A stretch of 64,000 nucleotides of DNA, taken from assembly GCA_050287845.1 (NCBI GenBank), contig JBNKCR010000012.1, forward strand, positions 38,124 through 102,123, written 5' to 3'. A program made the position numbers and the translations under genes. Below the pieces are notes generated by a model. It saw only the letters and a list, made by a program, of their open reading frames with translations, did no database searches and was not told the DNA's origin. The DNA is from Polyangia bacterium (GTDB lineage: Bacteria; Myxococcota_A; Polyangia; JAAYKL01). Each line of letters starts with the position of its first letter. The stretch's first letter is position 1. Of the stretch, positions 52,601-61,380 are shown piece after piece.

Positions 52601-53964
52601 ATGAATGACCCGGTGCCCGCGCTGCATGCTTCGTTCATCGCCGCATCCACAACTCGCCCCTGGGTAAGACGAATGTACTTGGCGTCCTGGCCGCCAATCT
52701 CAAAAATGGTATCGACGCTGCTGTCAAAATGCAGTGCACCTTCCGCATGGGCGGCAATCTCATTGAGCACAAACACCCGGTCCTGACCATAACAGGTGGT
52801 CATCAGCGACCCCACAATTTCGCGGCCGCTTCCCGTTGCCCCCACTGCAATCACCGGTACCTTCGCGAATGGACTGTTCACAAACTGTTCCATCAGATTC
52901 TGCGCTGCCAGAACCGGCGCACCGTTGGTGTTGATGTATGCTTCCCACACTTCCCGTTTGGATTTGCTGTCCACCGCTACCACCTTCGACCCGGTGGAAC
53001 CGATATCGAATCCCAGAATGAGACGCATTTCCTCTGAGACCGGCGGTTTCTCCTCTACCGCCATTCGCGTCACTTTGTTGAGGTAGTTTGACAGGGGCGG
53101 CAGTGTTTCCAGCGTGTGATCCTCCGGTGGATTGAATAAATCGGCCATCCGGGGAACCCCGTTCTCCTGGGTCATGGCGATAAATGCGCACCCCAGCGCC
53201 TCAAAATACAGCCTGTCATCCACCGTGCTCTCCAGCAGACGCATGCCGTTCTTCTCTGCGAAAGCGGCAAAGTTGTTCAGAATTCTCGGCGCCTGGGTCA
53301 CCCCGCCGATGAGTACCATGTCTTTGGGGCTTACCCTGGGTTTAATGAGCACCTGCACATTCTCACAGACCGCATCGTACAGACCGGCGAGGATTCGCTC
53401 CTGCGGCTCCCCCTTGTTGGCCAGGTGGGTCATGTCGGTTTTCAGAATCACCGGACAGCGTCCCGACAGCGGCGCCGGCTTTTTTACCGGTGCGCACAGG
53501 TCGCTGGCATCTTCAATCGACATGTTGAAGCGTTCCACCAGTTGCCGCAAAAAGTTTCCGGTCCCCTGGGAACAACGGGAGTTCTCCCGAAACATCTCAA
53601 TATTGGAGTCGCGCATTTCGAGCACCGAGAATCCATGGCTACCAATGGACACCACGGTAGCCGGCCGCTCACCATATAAAAATTCAAATCCCTTAATCTG
53701 CGATTGCTTGATGGGAATCCTGGCCACATTCATTGTTCGGCTTAACCGACCCGTCACCGCTGCTGACGAAATGTCTTCCCAATTGAAATTGGCCAGCATC
53801 TGCTCCAGAATTCGGGTAGGTTCTTTCTGATGCTGTGCAATCGCCCGATTCGACCAGTGCACCTTGCCGGTTTCATCTTCTGTCAGTTCAACTACTTTTA
53901 TGGTCTCGGCACCGACATCAATACCGAGTGTGCGTTTCATCGAAGCCATGGTGTCAACTTTCAC
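49606..53964 (-). CDS. 2-hydroxyacyl-CoA dehydratase activator-like multidomain protein (two BadF/BcrAD ATPase domains plus DUF2229-like regions)
   Basis: GIDVGAET, CSQGTGNF, GFDIGSTGSK, EIGGQDAK, MNEACSAGTGSFIEEQ, NYSCGPDS, GPCRFG, CMPNKI. Confidence 0.9.
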   Translation of the reverse strand: MKVDTMASMKRTLGIDVGAETIKVVELTEDETGKVHWSNRAIAQHQKEPTRILEQMLANFNWEDISSAAVTGRLSRTMNVARIPIKQSQIKGFEFLYGERPATVVSIGSHGFSVLEMRDSNIEMFRENSRCSQGTGNFLRQLVERFNMSIEDASDLCAPVKKPAPLSGRCPVILKTDMTHLANKGEPQERILAGLYDAVCENVQVLIKPRVSPKDMVLIGGVTQAPRILNNFAAFAEKNGMRLLESTVDDRLYFEALGCAFIAMTQENGVPRMADLFNPPEDHTLETLPPLSNYLNKVTRMAVEEKPPVSEEMRLILGFDIGSTGSKVVAVDSKSKREVWEAYINTNGAPVLAAQNLMEQFVNSPFAKVPVIAVGATGSGREIVGSLMTTCYGQDRVFVLNEIAAHAEGALHFDSSVDTIFEIGGQDAKYIRLTQGRVVDAAMNEACSAGTGSFIEEQGRKFQGIQNVIHLANEALQADSGVSLGQHCSVFMAEIIDEAVASHVPQQSIIAGIYDSIIQNYLNRVKGSRSVGKVIFCQGMPFASDALAASVVRQTGAKVIVPPNPGTVGALGIALLSLKELSTPEEGMDLYRFLNAEIIKKDVFTCKSTKGCGGSGNYCRIDRITTVVEGVTQKFTWGGGCSLYDKGTGKKKLPDLAPNPFKEREELVLDICEKFRKRPGHPTIAITDQFVLKSLFPYFTTFLYELGFDLELHMTADQATLKRGIEDANVPFCAPMQQYHGVVSEMSESKAEYLFLPMVRGTQRIGTEPWARLCPIVQGSADMVIADFGEQISAKIISPVINIGKKNFESVLFMESMKALVEELGVAHKDWRSVVRRAAAVQEKFDHDCIRVGRHALEFCEKTGVTPVVVLGRTYTIYNDVLNSNVPSILREQGAIAVPVDCYPIDPETPIFPKGFWGYGQKNLRAAHQIRRTPGLFSLYCSNYSCGPDSFNVHFYNYIMEGKPCAIIETDGHSGDAGTKTRIEAFLYCVHEDQLTSASASADPRDFMALQSETDGLDDIMQRGSTVLLPRMGPGAETLSGALRGLGMKAESLPMPDAEALSLGRRYTSGKECFPMVITLGSFLQRVLREEDESVHFSFFMPTANGPCRFGAYNVLDRIVFERLGILEKVSIWAPIDDDYFATVPDAFAAVAYAALASSDYLLEGLYTSRPVENRKGAATEVWNYYRRELENMLEEYVRHSTLSMGVAISNVMSGHLFGITDLLRRAAKAYREVMTDKEMPEVLVTGEMYVRCDPFSNDFVIDNLEKRGIRCKFAPFNEWLEYTDYQDGQIKQASDWVSSYLQANMQHLLYYSMADVMGWHTRTTVQDALAAAKPYIREHLSGESVLTIGGPLHEWRHNMIDGMVSVGPLECMPNKISENQLHHISEKEGLPSLTLYLNGDPVDPEILDNFSYEIHAQYRRRKEGRPTLAPPPVSPRPPIWRSHSKFNPKDN

Positions 53965-54002
53965 TGTTGGATACTGCCTCTGATTCAGACAGCATTGTTT
54001 AA

Positions 54003-54060
54003 ACTAGACTCAAGTGTCAGTCGTCACTGCCTTATCACTGGACTCAGGTGTCAGTCCAGT
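54003..54060. promoter_or_regulatory. tandem palindromic operator upstream of the CoA-activase gene
   Basis: ACTGGACT-caggtgtc-AGTCCAGT (54037-54060) and a related copy actagactcaagtgtcagtc (54003-54022). Confidence 0.55.
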
Positions 54061-54229
54061 AAAATCAGACACAAAAATCTGCTGGAAACCCTTTTCATGC
54101 AGGGGAGAATCGTTGATGATTAATTGTGCGAAAGATTGAATGTTCGCGTTTGATGTTTAATATGGGGATGAAAGTATTTTATCTCGACCCGCAAGTGGGG
54201 GGGAACACCGCGAAACAGAAGGAACATAT

Positions 54230-54637
54230 ATGGAAATCACAACAAAATATCTGGGTAACAAACGGTTTCAGAGCAATCAGGATGTGGCCACCATCACCAT
54301 GGATGCCCCAGCGGATATGGGAGGGCTGGGGGAGGGGGTTGGCCCCAAGAGTCTGTTGCTGTACGGACTCGCCGGTTGCACCGGTCTTGACGTCGTGAGC
54401 ATTCTCGAAAAGAAAAATGTTGCGTACGACGATTTTGAAATCACCGTATCCGCCGAACAGACCAATACCCACCCAAAAGTGTATAAAAACATCAAAATTA
54501 CGTATACCTTCCAGACAGATGAAGCCAATCGCAAAGACATCGAACGGGCCATCACCCTTTCCGAAACCACCTTTTGCGGTGTTTCCGCCATGCTTAAAAA
54601 AACCGCCAGTATTACCTGGGAGCTCGTCATCCGATAA
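54230..54637 (+). CDS. OsmC family protein
   Basis: GPKSLLLYGLAGCTGLDV, AITLSETTFCGVSAML. Confidence 0.9.
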   Translation: MEITTKYLGNKRFQSNQDVATITMDAPADMGGLGEGVGPKSLLLYGLAGCTGLDVVSILEKKNVAYDDFEITVSAEQTNTHPKVYKNIKITYTFQTDEANRKDIERAITLSETTFCGVSAMLKKTASITWELVIR

Positions 54638-54719
54638 CCTTCAGTTGTCTTACAATGACCTGTCTGAAGCGAGCACACATGGAGCCCGATGATCGCAGTC
54701 GGTTTTCATTCGGCACAAA

Positions 54720-54971
54720 ATGGTCGCCATTGTGGCTGGTATTGCCATTCGCGATTTAACCGACCAGAAAAAAGCAGAAGAAGAGATTGCGACCCTGCGG
54801 GCATTTCTCTCCATCTGTGCGCAGTGCAAAAAAATTCGCAACGGGGAGGGTATCCGGGATCAGGTGGAAAACGACACCGAAGAACGCAGCCCGGTGTTAT
54901 TCAGTCACAGCCTTTGTCAGGAGTGTGTAAAGAACATGTATGGCAAAGAATCCTGGTACAAAAAGCAGTGA
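54720..54971 (+). pseudogene. truncated sensory protein remnant (end of PAS domain plus CxxC...HxxCxxC tail)
   Basis: IRDLTDQKKAEEE then LSICAQCKKIR...FSHSLCQEC; this tail normally ends longer PAS/receiver proteins, and no upstream domain or clear RBS is present. Confidence 0.5.
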
Positions 54972-55035
54972 AGCCGCCGTTTCTGCCGACGTTCCGGAAC
55001 AATCGCCACCTGACCCACCGGTTCATCTTTTCCTC

Positions 55036-55063
55036 TTGACAAATCCATCCGGTCGAGTACTTT
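55036..55063 (+). promoter_or_regulatory. sigma70-type promoter for tRNA-Thr
   Basis: TTGACA (55036-55041), 16 bp, TACTTT (55058-55063). Confidence 0.55.
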
Positions 55064-55101
55064 TCCGATGCTCTTTTCGAGATACCTTCACAGTAAGGTA
55101 G

Positions 55102-55174
<73 letters not shown>

Positions 55175-55178
55175 CGCT

Positions 55179-55220
55179 AAAAACCCCGTAATTCTGATGA
55201 GTTACGGGGTTTTTGTTTTT
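55179..55220 (+). terminator. intrinsic terminator after the tRNA
   Basis: AAAAACCCCGTAA...TTACGGGGTTTTT followed by GTTTTT. Confidence 0.8.
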
Positions 55221-55310
55221 ACGGGCCAACCTCAAAACCCCGTTTGGGGACAGTTTAGGGACAATTGAGAATAGGAAGAGACAGTAATGAACAGTCGGAC
55301 TTCCCAAAGG

Positions 55311-55910
55311 TTATTGCTCGACAAGTTTCACTTCTCTGAGGCCTTTAAACAAGTCGTTCGCAGGGGAAGCCTCATCTCCAGCTTGAATAAAGAATCCATC
55401 GCCTTCTTTGACAATATTTGCTTTATATTCTTCGTGTTCAACGGATAGTTCAATGATTCCAGCTTTCTCGTGCCAGGTGCCGCCCATTCCCCACTGAGTC
55501 AACCCGGTTTCGCCTTTGCCTAACTCAATCTTCACGTCCGCCGTCCAGATGTCGCCTTTGAACAGGCTAAGTATCACCGTTTTCTTTTCCTGTTGCCCTT
55601 GAAAGTACCGGAGTCGTCTGAGCTTGCTGGTTTGCCAACTCTCCACAGCCAGTTTGGGTAACCCAAAAAGTAAATACCAACTGCCTATGTCAAACAGCAA
55701 AGCGAGGTACCAAAAGGGACGAGTTATGTCGTAACTGGCGAGTCCAATTGCCAGGAAAGCACCACCAATAGGTACGGTGGAGATATTTTTGCCCGATACT
55801 ATGGACTTGAACACTGCATACCAGTTGAAAAGGAAAATGTGGGCGCCAAGGAGCCCAATGGCAGTAGGGATAATTTTAGCGACGATGTCAACGATAGCGG
55901 TTAGCGGCAT
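55311..55910 (-). CDS. hypothetical membrane protein
   Basis: 199-aa ORF with three N-terminal hydrophobic segments. Confidence 0.65.
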   Translation of the reverse strand: MPLTAIVDIVAKIIPTAIGLLGAHIFLFNWYAVFKSIVSGKNISTVPIGGAFLAIGLASYDITRPFWYLALLFDIGSWYLLFGLPKLAVESWQTSKLRRLRYFQGQQEKKTVILSLFKGDIWTADVKIELGKGETGLTQWGMGGTWHEKAGIIELSVEHEEYKANIVKEGDGFFIQAGDEASPANDLFKGLREVKLVEQ

Positions 55911-56215
55911 TGTGATTCCGATGCATTTATCCGAATGATTCGAACGTCTGGATGAGCCCCTGAATCTGTTTCATAACTCCGCGCAAATTCAATGACGTCT
56001 TCTTCTGTCTCATTTGGATGGGAGGTGGTAACGATGAACCTTTCGTGATTCCCGTCGCCCACACAGATTTCATCCATTGCATCCTCCCACAATTCGCAGT
56101 CTCTTCCGACAGCGCAAAACAACTCGTATCCTTCATCCAGCAATGATTCGAGAAGCCTGTCGTGCTTCTTGTCGTAGCCAGACTCCGAGATGAGAACGGT
56201 TTTCTTTGCTTTCAT
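55901..56215 (-). CDS. hypothetical protein
   Basis: 104-aa acidic ORF (LFCAVGRDCELWEDAMDE, TTSH); GAGG upstream; overlaps the next gene by 10 bp. Confidence 0.65.
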   Translation of the reverse strand: MKAKKTVLISESGYDKKHDRLLESLLDEGYELFCAVGRDCELWEDAMDEICVGDGNHERFIVTTSHPNETEEDVIEFARSYETDSGAHPDVRIIRINASESQCR

Positions 56216-56337
56216 CTTCCAACCTCACCAAACATCACCCGCAGGAATGTTGAAACCTTTGTAAACTCATGGTTGCGTTATCCTATCGCATCGGCCTATG
56301 ATTCAACAAGGATAAAGATTGAAGAGGGAATGAACCA

Positions 56338-56967
56338 GTGATCAACATGGAAAAGGACGTTCGTCGGAACATATTCGATGGGAAGCATGTTTTCCTCACC
56401 CTCGCTCAAACGTTGCTTGTGTTTGACTGGCTCGTGGAGAACGGCCATCCGGTTTCATCATGGGAACTGTATTCGAAAAACGGCAACAAAGCGGTTCGAA
56501 CAACAGCGTTTGGCGGGGAGGATAGTCCCATCCGAGACGAAGGGGCAGATGCTCCCTCCATGCGAGCACGCATCCGCGATACCATCGAGCAACAGGGAGA
56601 CCCGTTCGAAAAACAGCATGCCCTGTTGATCATGCTGAACCTTAAAAATGATTTCTTCACTAAGTTGAAAGAAAAGAAGCTGCCGATGATTGCCAGGGTA
56701 TTCACGGGCATCATGGCCGTATTTGGAGCGGCCATGTTTGTCGGCGGAATTGTCGCTTTGGTTGTTTGGGATGAGCCGTTCAATGAATGGCGGTTATTGG
56801 TAACGCTGATGTTGGGTGGCCCTGTTTGCTCTGCCATTTTTGGGTACGCCACCATCACTGGCGTAAGAGACATTTACTTTCTCGATGATCCCTTAAATGC
56901 AAAGAAGAAAGTCAAAACATTTGTGACTATCGAAACTGGTGAACCTCGGTGGCCAGCGGATAGATAG
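56338..56967 (+). CDS. hypothetical membrane protein
   Basis: 209-aa ORF with two C-terminal TM segments; GAGG RBS. Confidence 0.65.
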   Translation: MINMEKDVRRNIFDGKHVFLTLAQTLLVFDWLVENGHPVSSWELYSKNGNKAVRTTAFGGEDSPIRDEGADAPSMRARIRDTIEQQGDPFEKQHALLIMLNLKNDFFTKLKEKKLPMIARVFTGIMAVFGAAMFVGGIVALVVWDEPFNEWRLLVTLMLGGPVCSAIFGYATITGVRDIYFLDDPLNAKKKVKTFVTIETGEPRWPADR

Positions 56968-57330
56968 CGCCCGTTTCATTCATTTTTCATCAAGTCAGTC
57001 ACAATGTTTGGATTCGTCCAAAATTTTTTTCACTCTGAGTACAGCACCGAAAATCATCAACAGTACTCCGCAATAATGGGCAGTAATACAATTGAATGGT
57101 AACTGTCCCCATGCTGTCCCCATGCGGATTTTCATGTTTACGACGCCTTGAAACCATTGGTAAAATTCGTGTTGACCAACGGATTGGGAGTTTCTTTGCG
57201 CTGTTTTCCCGGTTCTGTTTTAATGATGTTGGTCAAAGCAAACAACCAGCACATGTCCCTTTCGCAAAGGGACCACAGGGATTTTCGAAACGTCCAATCG
57301 AATAACCCCAGAAAGCGATAGGGTACTCAA

Positions 57331-58080
57331 ATGGCCACCATCGAAAAACGAGAACGCAAAAAAGGCATTCTGGCACTTTCCCGAAACCTGTCGCTGCTGT
57401 TCATGACAATTTGCAGCATCTCCTGTCATCGCAATGCCGCCCCTCGAACTGCACCATCCATGCAGGCAGACACCTCAACTGGCGATACTTCATCAAATGC
57501 CTCTGGAACCGATACCAACGACTTCGAGTCCAAAACGGTTGCAGCGCGCGACACTGCGGTGTCATTGGCGTTTGATGATGTACCTGGCCCGCCAAAGCCA
57601 CCAGCGCCTGAACCTGTTGAAGACTACGATTGCTACCCCAACGATAATGAAACACCAGTCAGTTGCGCGCGCCCCCTGGATGGCTGGCTAAAGCCGTGGC
57701 TGAGCGAGGAAGAGCTGATTGCTAAACTGGGACCGCCCGAAAGGAAAAGTGAAAAGTGGTATCAGGAATATGACGGGCTTTTTCATCAATCTTGGTCGTA
57801 CAAAAGCAAAGGGCTCAGCTTCGAACTCAACGCAGAAACCGAAGATGGCCCAATGACGATGCACTTAATCGACATTTTTGCGCCATCCGAATTAAAAACC
57901 CCGGAAGGGGTAGGTGTCGGCACCCCGGAGTATTTTGCCAGGGAAACCTACGAATACAGATGCGATCCCAATGATTCCAACCACGGGCGTTTGGTGTTGG
58001 GAACCATCTACTTTGGCACAATGATCATTTTTGAGAATTCCAAAGTTCACAAGATATACATAGGCAATATCCACGAATAG
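57331..58080 (+). CDS. putative lipoprotein whose first 12 codons are identical to the integrase N-terminus
   Basis: MATIEKRERKKG + hydrophobic LSLLFMTICSISC; Pro/Thr linker; LGPPERK...WSYKSKGL and TPEGVGVGT motifs. Confidence 0.7.
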   Translation: MATIEKRERKKGILALSRNLSLLFMTICSISCHRNAAPRTAPSMQADTSTGDTSSNASGTDTNDFESKTVAARDTAVSLAFDDVPGPPKPPAPEPVEDYDCYPNDNETPVSCARPLDGWLKPWLSEEELIAKLGPPERKSEKWYQEYDGLFHQSWSYKSKGLSFELNAETEDGPMTMHLIDIFAPSELKTPEGVGVGTPEYFARETYEYRCDPNDSNHGRLVLGTIYFGTMIIFENSKVHKIYIGNIHE

Positions 58081-58126
58081 GTAAGAGCTATGGCCACCAT
58101 CGAAAAACGAGAACGCAAAAAAGGCA
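57331..58126 (+). repeat. perfect 37-bp direct repeat (57331-57367 and 58090-58126)
   Basis: atggccaccatcgaaaaacgagaacgcaaaaaaggca at both positions. Confidence 0.97.
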
Positions 58127-59196
58127 CCGTCTACCGTGTCGTTGTCCGCGTCAAAGGGCATCCCGTACAGCAAGCCACCTTCCGCACCAAAACCAAAGCC
58201 AAACAATGGGGCGAACGCACCGAATCTAAAATCCGCGATGGAGAGTTCTTCCCCAGCGCAGTGTCCCGAAAACGCACCGTTCACGATTTGATTGAGCGGT
58301 ATAAACGCGATGTTCTGCCTCAAAAGAGATCATCCAGTGCCGATTCTCAGCAAAAGCATCTGGATTGGTGGGATGACAAAATTGGTGAATACGCTGTCCC
58401 TAGGGTCACTCCCGCATTGCTTTCCGAGATTCGCGATGAGTTGCTTGCCGGAGACACAAATCGCGGAGGAAAGCGAACAGGAGGCACCGTCACGCGTTAT
58501 CTGGCGTCTTTGTCCCACGTGTTTACTGTGGCCGTCAAAGATTGGCGCTGGATAGATAGCAACCCATTCTTGAAAGTAACAAAACCCAAACCGGGCAAGG
58601 GCATTGTTAGGTTTTTGAGTGACACAGAACGAAAAGCCCTGCTGGATGAGTGCAAAAAGAGTAAGTCAGAAGGCCTGTATTGTGCGGTCGTGACCGCACT
58701 TTCTACCGGTTGCCGTCGAGGTGAACTGTGGAAACTCAAGTGGTCCCATGTGGACTTGCAGCGTGAGTTGCTTATTTTCGAAGATACGAAAAATCATGAG
58801 CGGCGAAACGTTGCCCTCATGGGGCATGCTCTTGAAATAATGAAAGAACGGAAAAAGCAGCAAAAGAAAAAGCTCGAAGCCAAGATCACCGGCATAAACG
58901 AGAAACCTAAATCCATTGATGACCAATACGTGTTCCCCGGCAAAATACCAGGCCAGTCTATGGATTTCACCCGCCCATGGCGCGACGCCATGAAACGCGC
59001 GAAGGTTGAGAACTTTCGCTGGCATGATCTGCGCCATTCGTGTGCGTCATATCTTGCTATGAACGGCGCCACCCTGGCAGAAATAGCTGAGGTGCTTGGA
59101 CATAAAACGTTGCAGATGGTGAAGCGATACGCCCATCTGAGCGACGCACACACCTCGAAGGTGGTGGGCTCGATGAATGAGAAGATATTTTCGTAA
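58090..59196 (+). CDS. tyrosine recombinase / phage-type integrase
   Basis: Catalytic set TGCRRGE, TKN, HDLRH, LGH, RYAH; N-terminal arm-binding-like region. Confidence 0.95.
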   Translation: MATIEKRERKKGTVYRVVVRVKGHPVQQATFRTKTKAKQWGERTESKIRDGEFFPSAVSRKRTVHDLIERYKRDVLPQKRSSSADSQQKHLDWWDDKIGEYAVPRVTPALLSEIRDELLAGDTNRGGKRTGGTVTRYLASLSHVFTVAVKDWRWIDSNPFLKVTKPKPGKGIVRFLSDTERKALLDECKKSKSEGLYCAVVTALSTGCRRGELWKLKWSHVDLQRELLIFEDTKNHERRNVALMGHALEIMKERKKQQKKKLEAKITGINEKPKSIDDQYVFPGKIPGQSMDFTRPWRDAMKRAKVENFRWHDLRHSCASYLAMNGATLAEIAEVLGHKTLQMVKRYAHLSDAHTSKVVGSMNEKIFS

Positions 59197-59215
59197 ATGA
59201 AAGATTGGGGGGCAA

Positions 59216-60154
59216 ATGCCGAACGATGCAATCGAGGCAGCAAGAGAAGCGTACAAAAGAGAGAAAGCCGATTTACAGGGTAAATACATTCGCAAAGTAT
59301 GGCTGATCAAAGCTGAAAAGAAGTTTGGAACCAAAAAACTCTCTACTGTTTTTCATCCACTTGTGGGCGGACAGAGACGATTACCGAGTGCACAGCCACC
59401 CTCTGATGTTCAGCAAAAATATTCATTGTTGTATGCGAAAGTCGGCGTGCAAAGGATTCCTGGGCTCTATGATGCAATCAAAACAAGACTTGTCCCTATT
59501 GCAATTTCCTGGAATGACATTTGCCGCCAAAATGAATACCTGGATCATTTCAAACCTGATTGGCGGGAATTGATGCTCAGTGGACATAAAGTGTTGCAGT
59601 ACCTCAGTGAAGAGGATCAGATGTATTACATGGAATACGACGCATTACTGGAGGAATATAATATTCGTGCTGGTCCCTTTGGACTGTATATTACGACCTT
59701 GATGCAGATCGTTGCAGAAGGAGTACCTCTGCGCATGGCCCTTGATATGGAGGGAAGGACCTCATTCACTCCCGCCACGAAGGTGCCTTTCATATTTCAT
59801 CACGACAATGTCTGTGTGGTGGCAGATGGTCTTGGCACTGACCCCGACGGGTTTGGTGATGCATTGAGCACTGCAGAATGTGATGTAATCGATAAAGCAA
59901 TAGATATTGCACTGGAGATGGACACTGTATATGTTTATCCTCCGAAGGATGGGAAGACGACTGTTGAAGACCGCTTGTGGTGGCTGGTACAGGTTTTGGT
60001 GTTGAATAGAACCACCGAAGAAATATTGGCTGAGCATGAATCGCGATTCGGCCCTCAAATAAGTATTGATGTGAGTTATGTGAATTCAGTAGTTCGATAC
60101 TGGGCAGCCTTCCTTGGATATCCATTGCCTGCACGGCGTGGAAAACATCGCTAA
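59216..60154 (+). CDS. hypothetical protein
   Basis: 312-aa ORF directly after the integrase; no recognised motif. Confidence 0.65.
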   Translation: MPNDAIEAAREAYKREKADLQGKYIRKVWLIKAEKKFGTKKLSTVFHPLVGGQRRLPSAQPPSDVQQKYSLLYAKVGVQRIPGLYDAIKTRLVPIAISWNDICRQNEYLDHFKPDWRELMLSGHKVLQYLSEEDQMYYMEYDALLEEYNIRAGPFGLYITTLMQIVAEGVPLRMALDMEGRTSFTPATKVPFIFHHDNVCVVADGLGTDPDGFGDALSTAECDVIDKAIDIALEMDTVYVYPPKDGKTTVEDRLWWLVQVLVLNRTTEEILAEHESRFGPQISIDVSYVNSVVRYWAAFLGYPLPARRGKHR

Positions 60155-60257
60155 AAAACTCCTGTTTAAAATATCTGTGGTGCGCAAATTGTGTCACCGG
60201 TCCAGGGACAGCCAAATTTACAATGGCATATCTGAGCGGGGTCTTTGAAAAGAAGAT

Positions 60258-60296
60258 GAAAAAGGAGCCTGTAAATATTTTTCAGGCTCCTTTTTC
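60258..60296. terminator. bidirectional-type intrinsic terminator
   Basis: GAAAAAGGAGCCTG-N11-CAGGCTCCTTTTTC. Confidence 0.7.
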
Positions 60297-60370
60297 CTGC
60301 AAGTACAGTACTCCATAATGGTCTCCATAAATCAAATGATGCCATTAGTTTTGAGCAAAAGGAGACCGGC

Positions 60371-60574
60371 ATGGACAATCATCCCTTGAATAATTTCATA
60401 ACCATTAGTCAGTACACGTCCCGTTACTCATGGCCAAACGAAAAGGCAATGCGTTGGCTCATCTACACAGCAGAAGAGAAGGGGATTGAAAATTGCTTTA
60501 TTCGGGTGGGGCGTCGCGTTCTCGTAGATGAGAAGGCGTTTCTTAATTGGCTGGAGTCAAATCGGGGTAGGTAG
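60371..60574 (+). CDS. small DNA-binding protein, excisionase/AlpA-like
   Basis: 67 aa; RVGRRVLVDEKAFLNWLE winged-helix wing; AAGGAG RBS. Confidence 0.75.
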   Translation: MDNHPLNNFITISQYTSRYSWPNEKAMRWLIYTAEEKGIENCFIRVGRRVLVDEKAFLNWLESNRGR

Positions 60575-60594
60575 TCCGAGGTGGAGAGAACGCC

Positions 60595-61380
60595 GTGAGT
60601 AAGTGCAAGCCTCAGAAGAAAACTGAACCAACGAAAACGTTTTTCAGACAGCTAAAGAGTTTAAATGAAGACGCAGAGATATCTGACGGAGAGTTCAGAT
60701 TTGCTTTTACGTTAGTTGATGCCGCCAACGACGTGCATGGTTTGGCCTGGTACAATTATCCCGACTGGTGCGACATGGCCCACCAGACAAAGCCTACGAT
60801 TATTAAATATATCCGCAAATTCGAAAAAATCGGACTTGTTGAAACGTACAAAGTTTTCGCCAGAGGAAGGCTTCCAAGTAAGAAGAAGGCAAAAAGGGAT
60901 ACGGTTGTTATTTATCCGACAGAAAAATTGTGCACGCTGAAGAATCGAAAGCCGTTTGATGTACTGCTGCGCGAGCTTGAAATGATTCCATACACCGAAG
61001 CTGATACCGGTAAAACGAATTTACCGGAACAGCGGGATGGGTACAGGGAGTCCGGTAAAACAGATTTACCGGAACGAGATAATAAGAATAACGATACCGG
61101 TAAAGCGGATTTACCGGTTCCGGTAAACTCAATAACCAGTTCCGGTAAAATTGGTGAACCGCCTTTACGAGATAACTATAAGATAACTGCAACTGACCCT
61201 GGAGCTGCCGCCCCCATCAAAGGGGCGGGCTGCTCCAGGGGTGACGACCCTGACAATAGTGCGGAGTACGACAAGGTGAACTCATCAGATAAAAAGGCAG
61301 ATCCGGATTTTGGAGGCAGCACCCTGGAGTGTGCCGCACGTGCTCGCGAAATGGTCTTCGCATTGGGGAAGAAAAAATAG
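60595..61380 (+). CDS. replication initiator-like protein (N-terminal HTH, internal iterons)
   Basis: ISDGEFR...TKPTIIKYIRKFEKIGLV winged HTH; middle xGKxxLP repeats encoded by DNA palindromes. Confidence 0.7.
   Translation: MSKCKPQKKTEPTKTFFRQLKSLNEDAEISDGEFRFAFTLVDAANDVHGLAWYNYPDWCDMAHQTKPTIIKYIRKFEKIGLVETYKVFARGRLPSKKKAKRDTVVIYPTEKLCTLKNRKPFDVLLRELEMIPYTEADTGKTNLPEQRDGYRESGKTDLPERDNKNNDTGKADLPVPVNSITSSGKIGEPPLRDNYKITATDPGAAAPIKGAGCSRGDDPDNSAEYDKVNSSDKKADPDFGGSTLECAARAREMVFALGKKK
61007..61149. repeat. iteron-like palindromes CCGGTAAA-N5-TTTACCGG at 45-bp period
   Basis: Full copies at 61007, 61052, 61097; half sites at 61120 and 61142. Confidence 0.85.

Noticed and set aside
57319..57328. 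TAGGGTACTC upstream of the lipoprotein/integrase matching the abiEi operator core
   Set aside because: Only an 8-9 bp match without the flanking inverted arms; compatible with chance.
55311..58080. Integron cassette array
   Set aside because: Genes are in mixed orientation, no convincing attC sites were seen, and the integrase looks phage-type rather than IntI.
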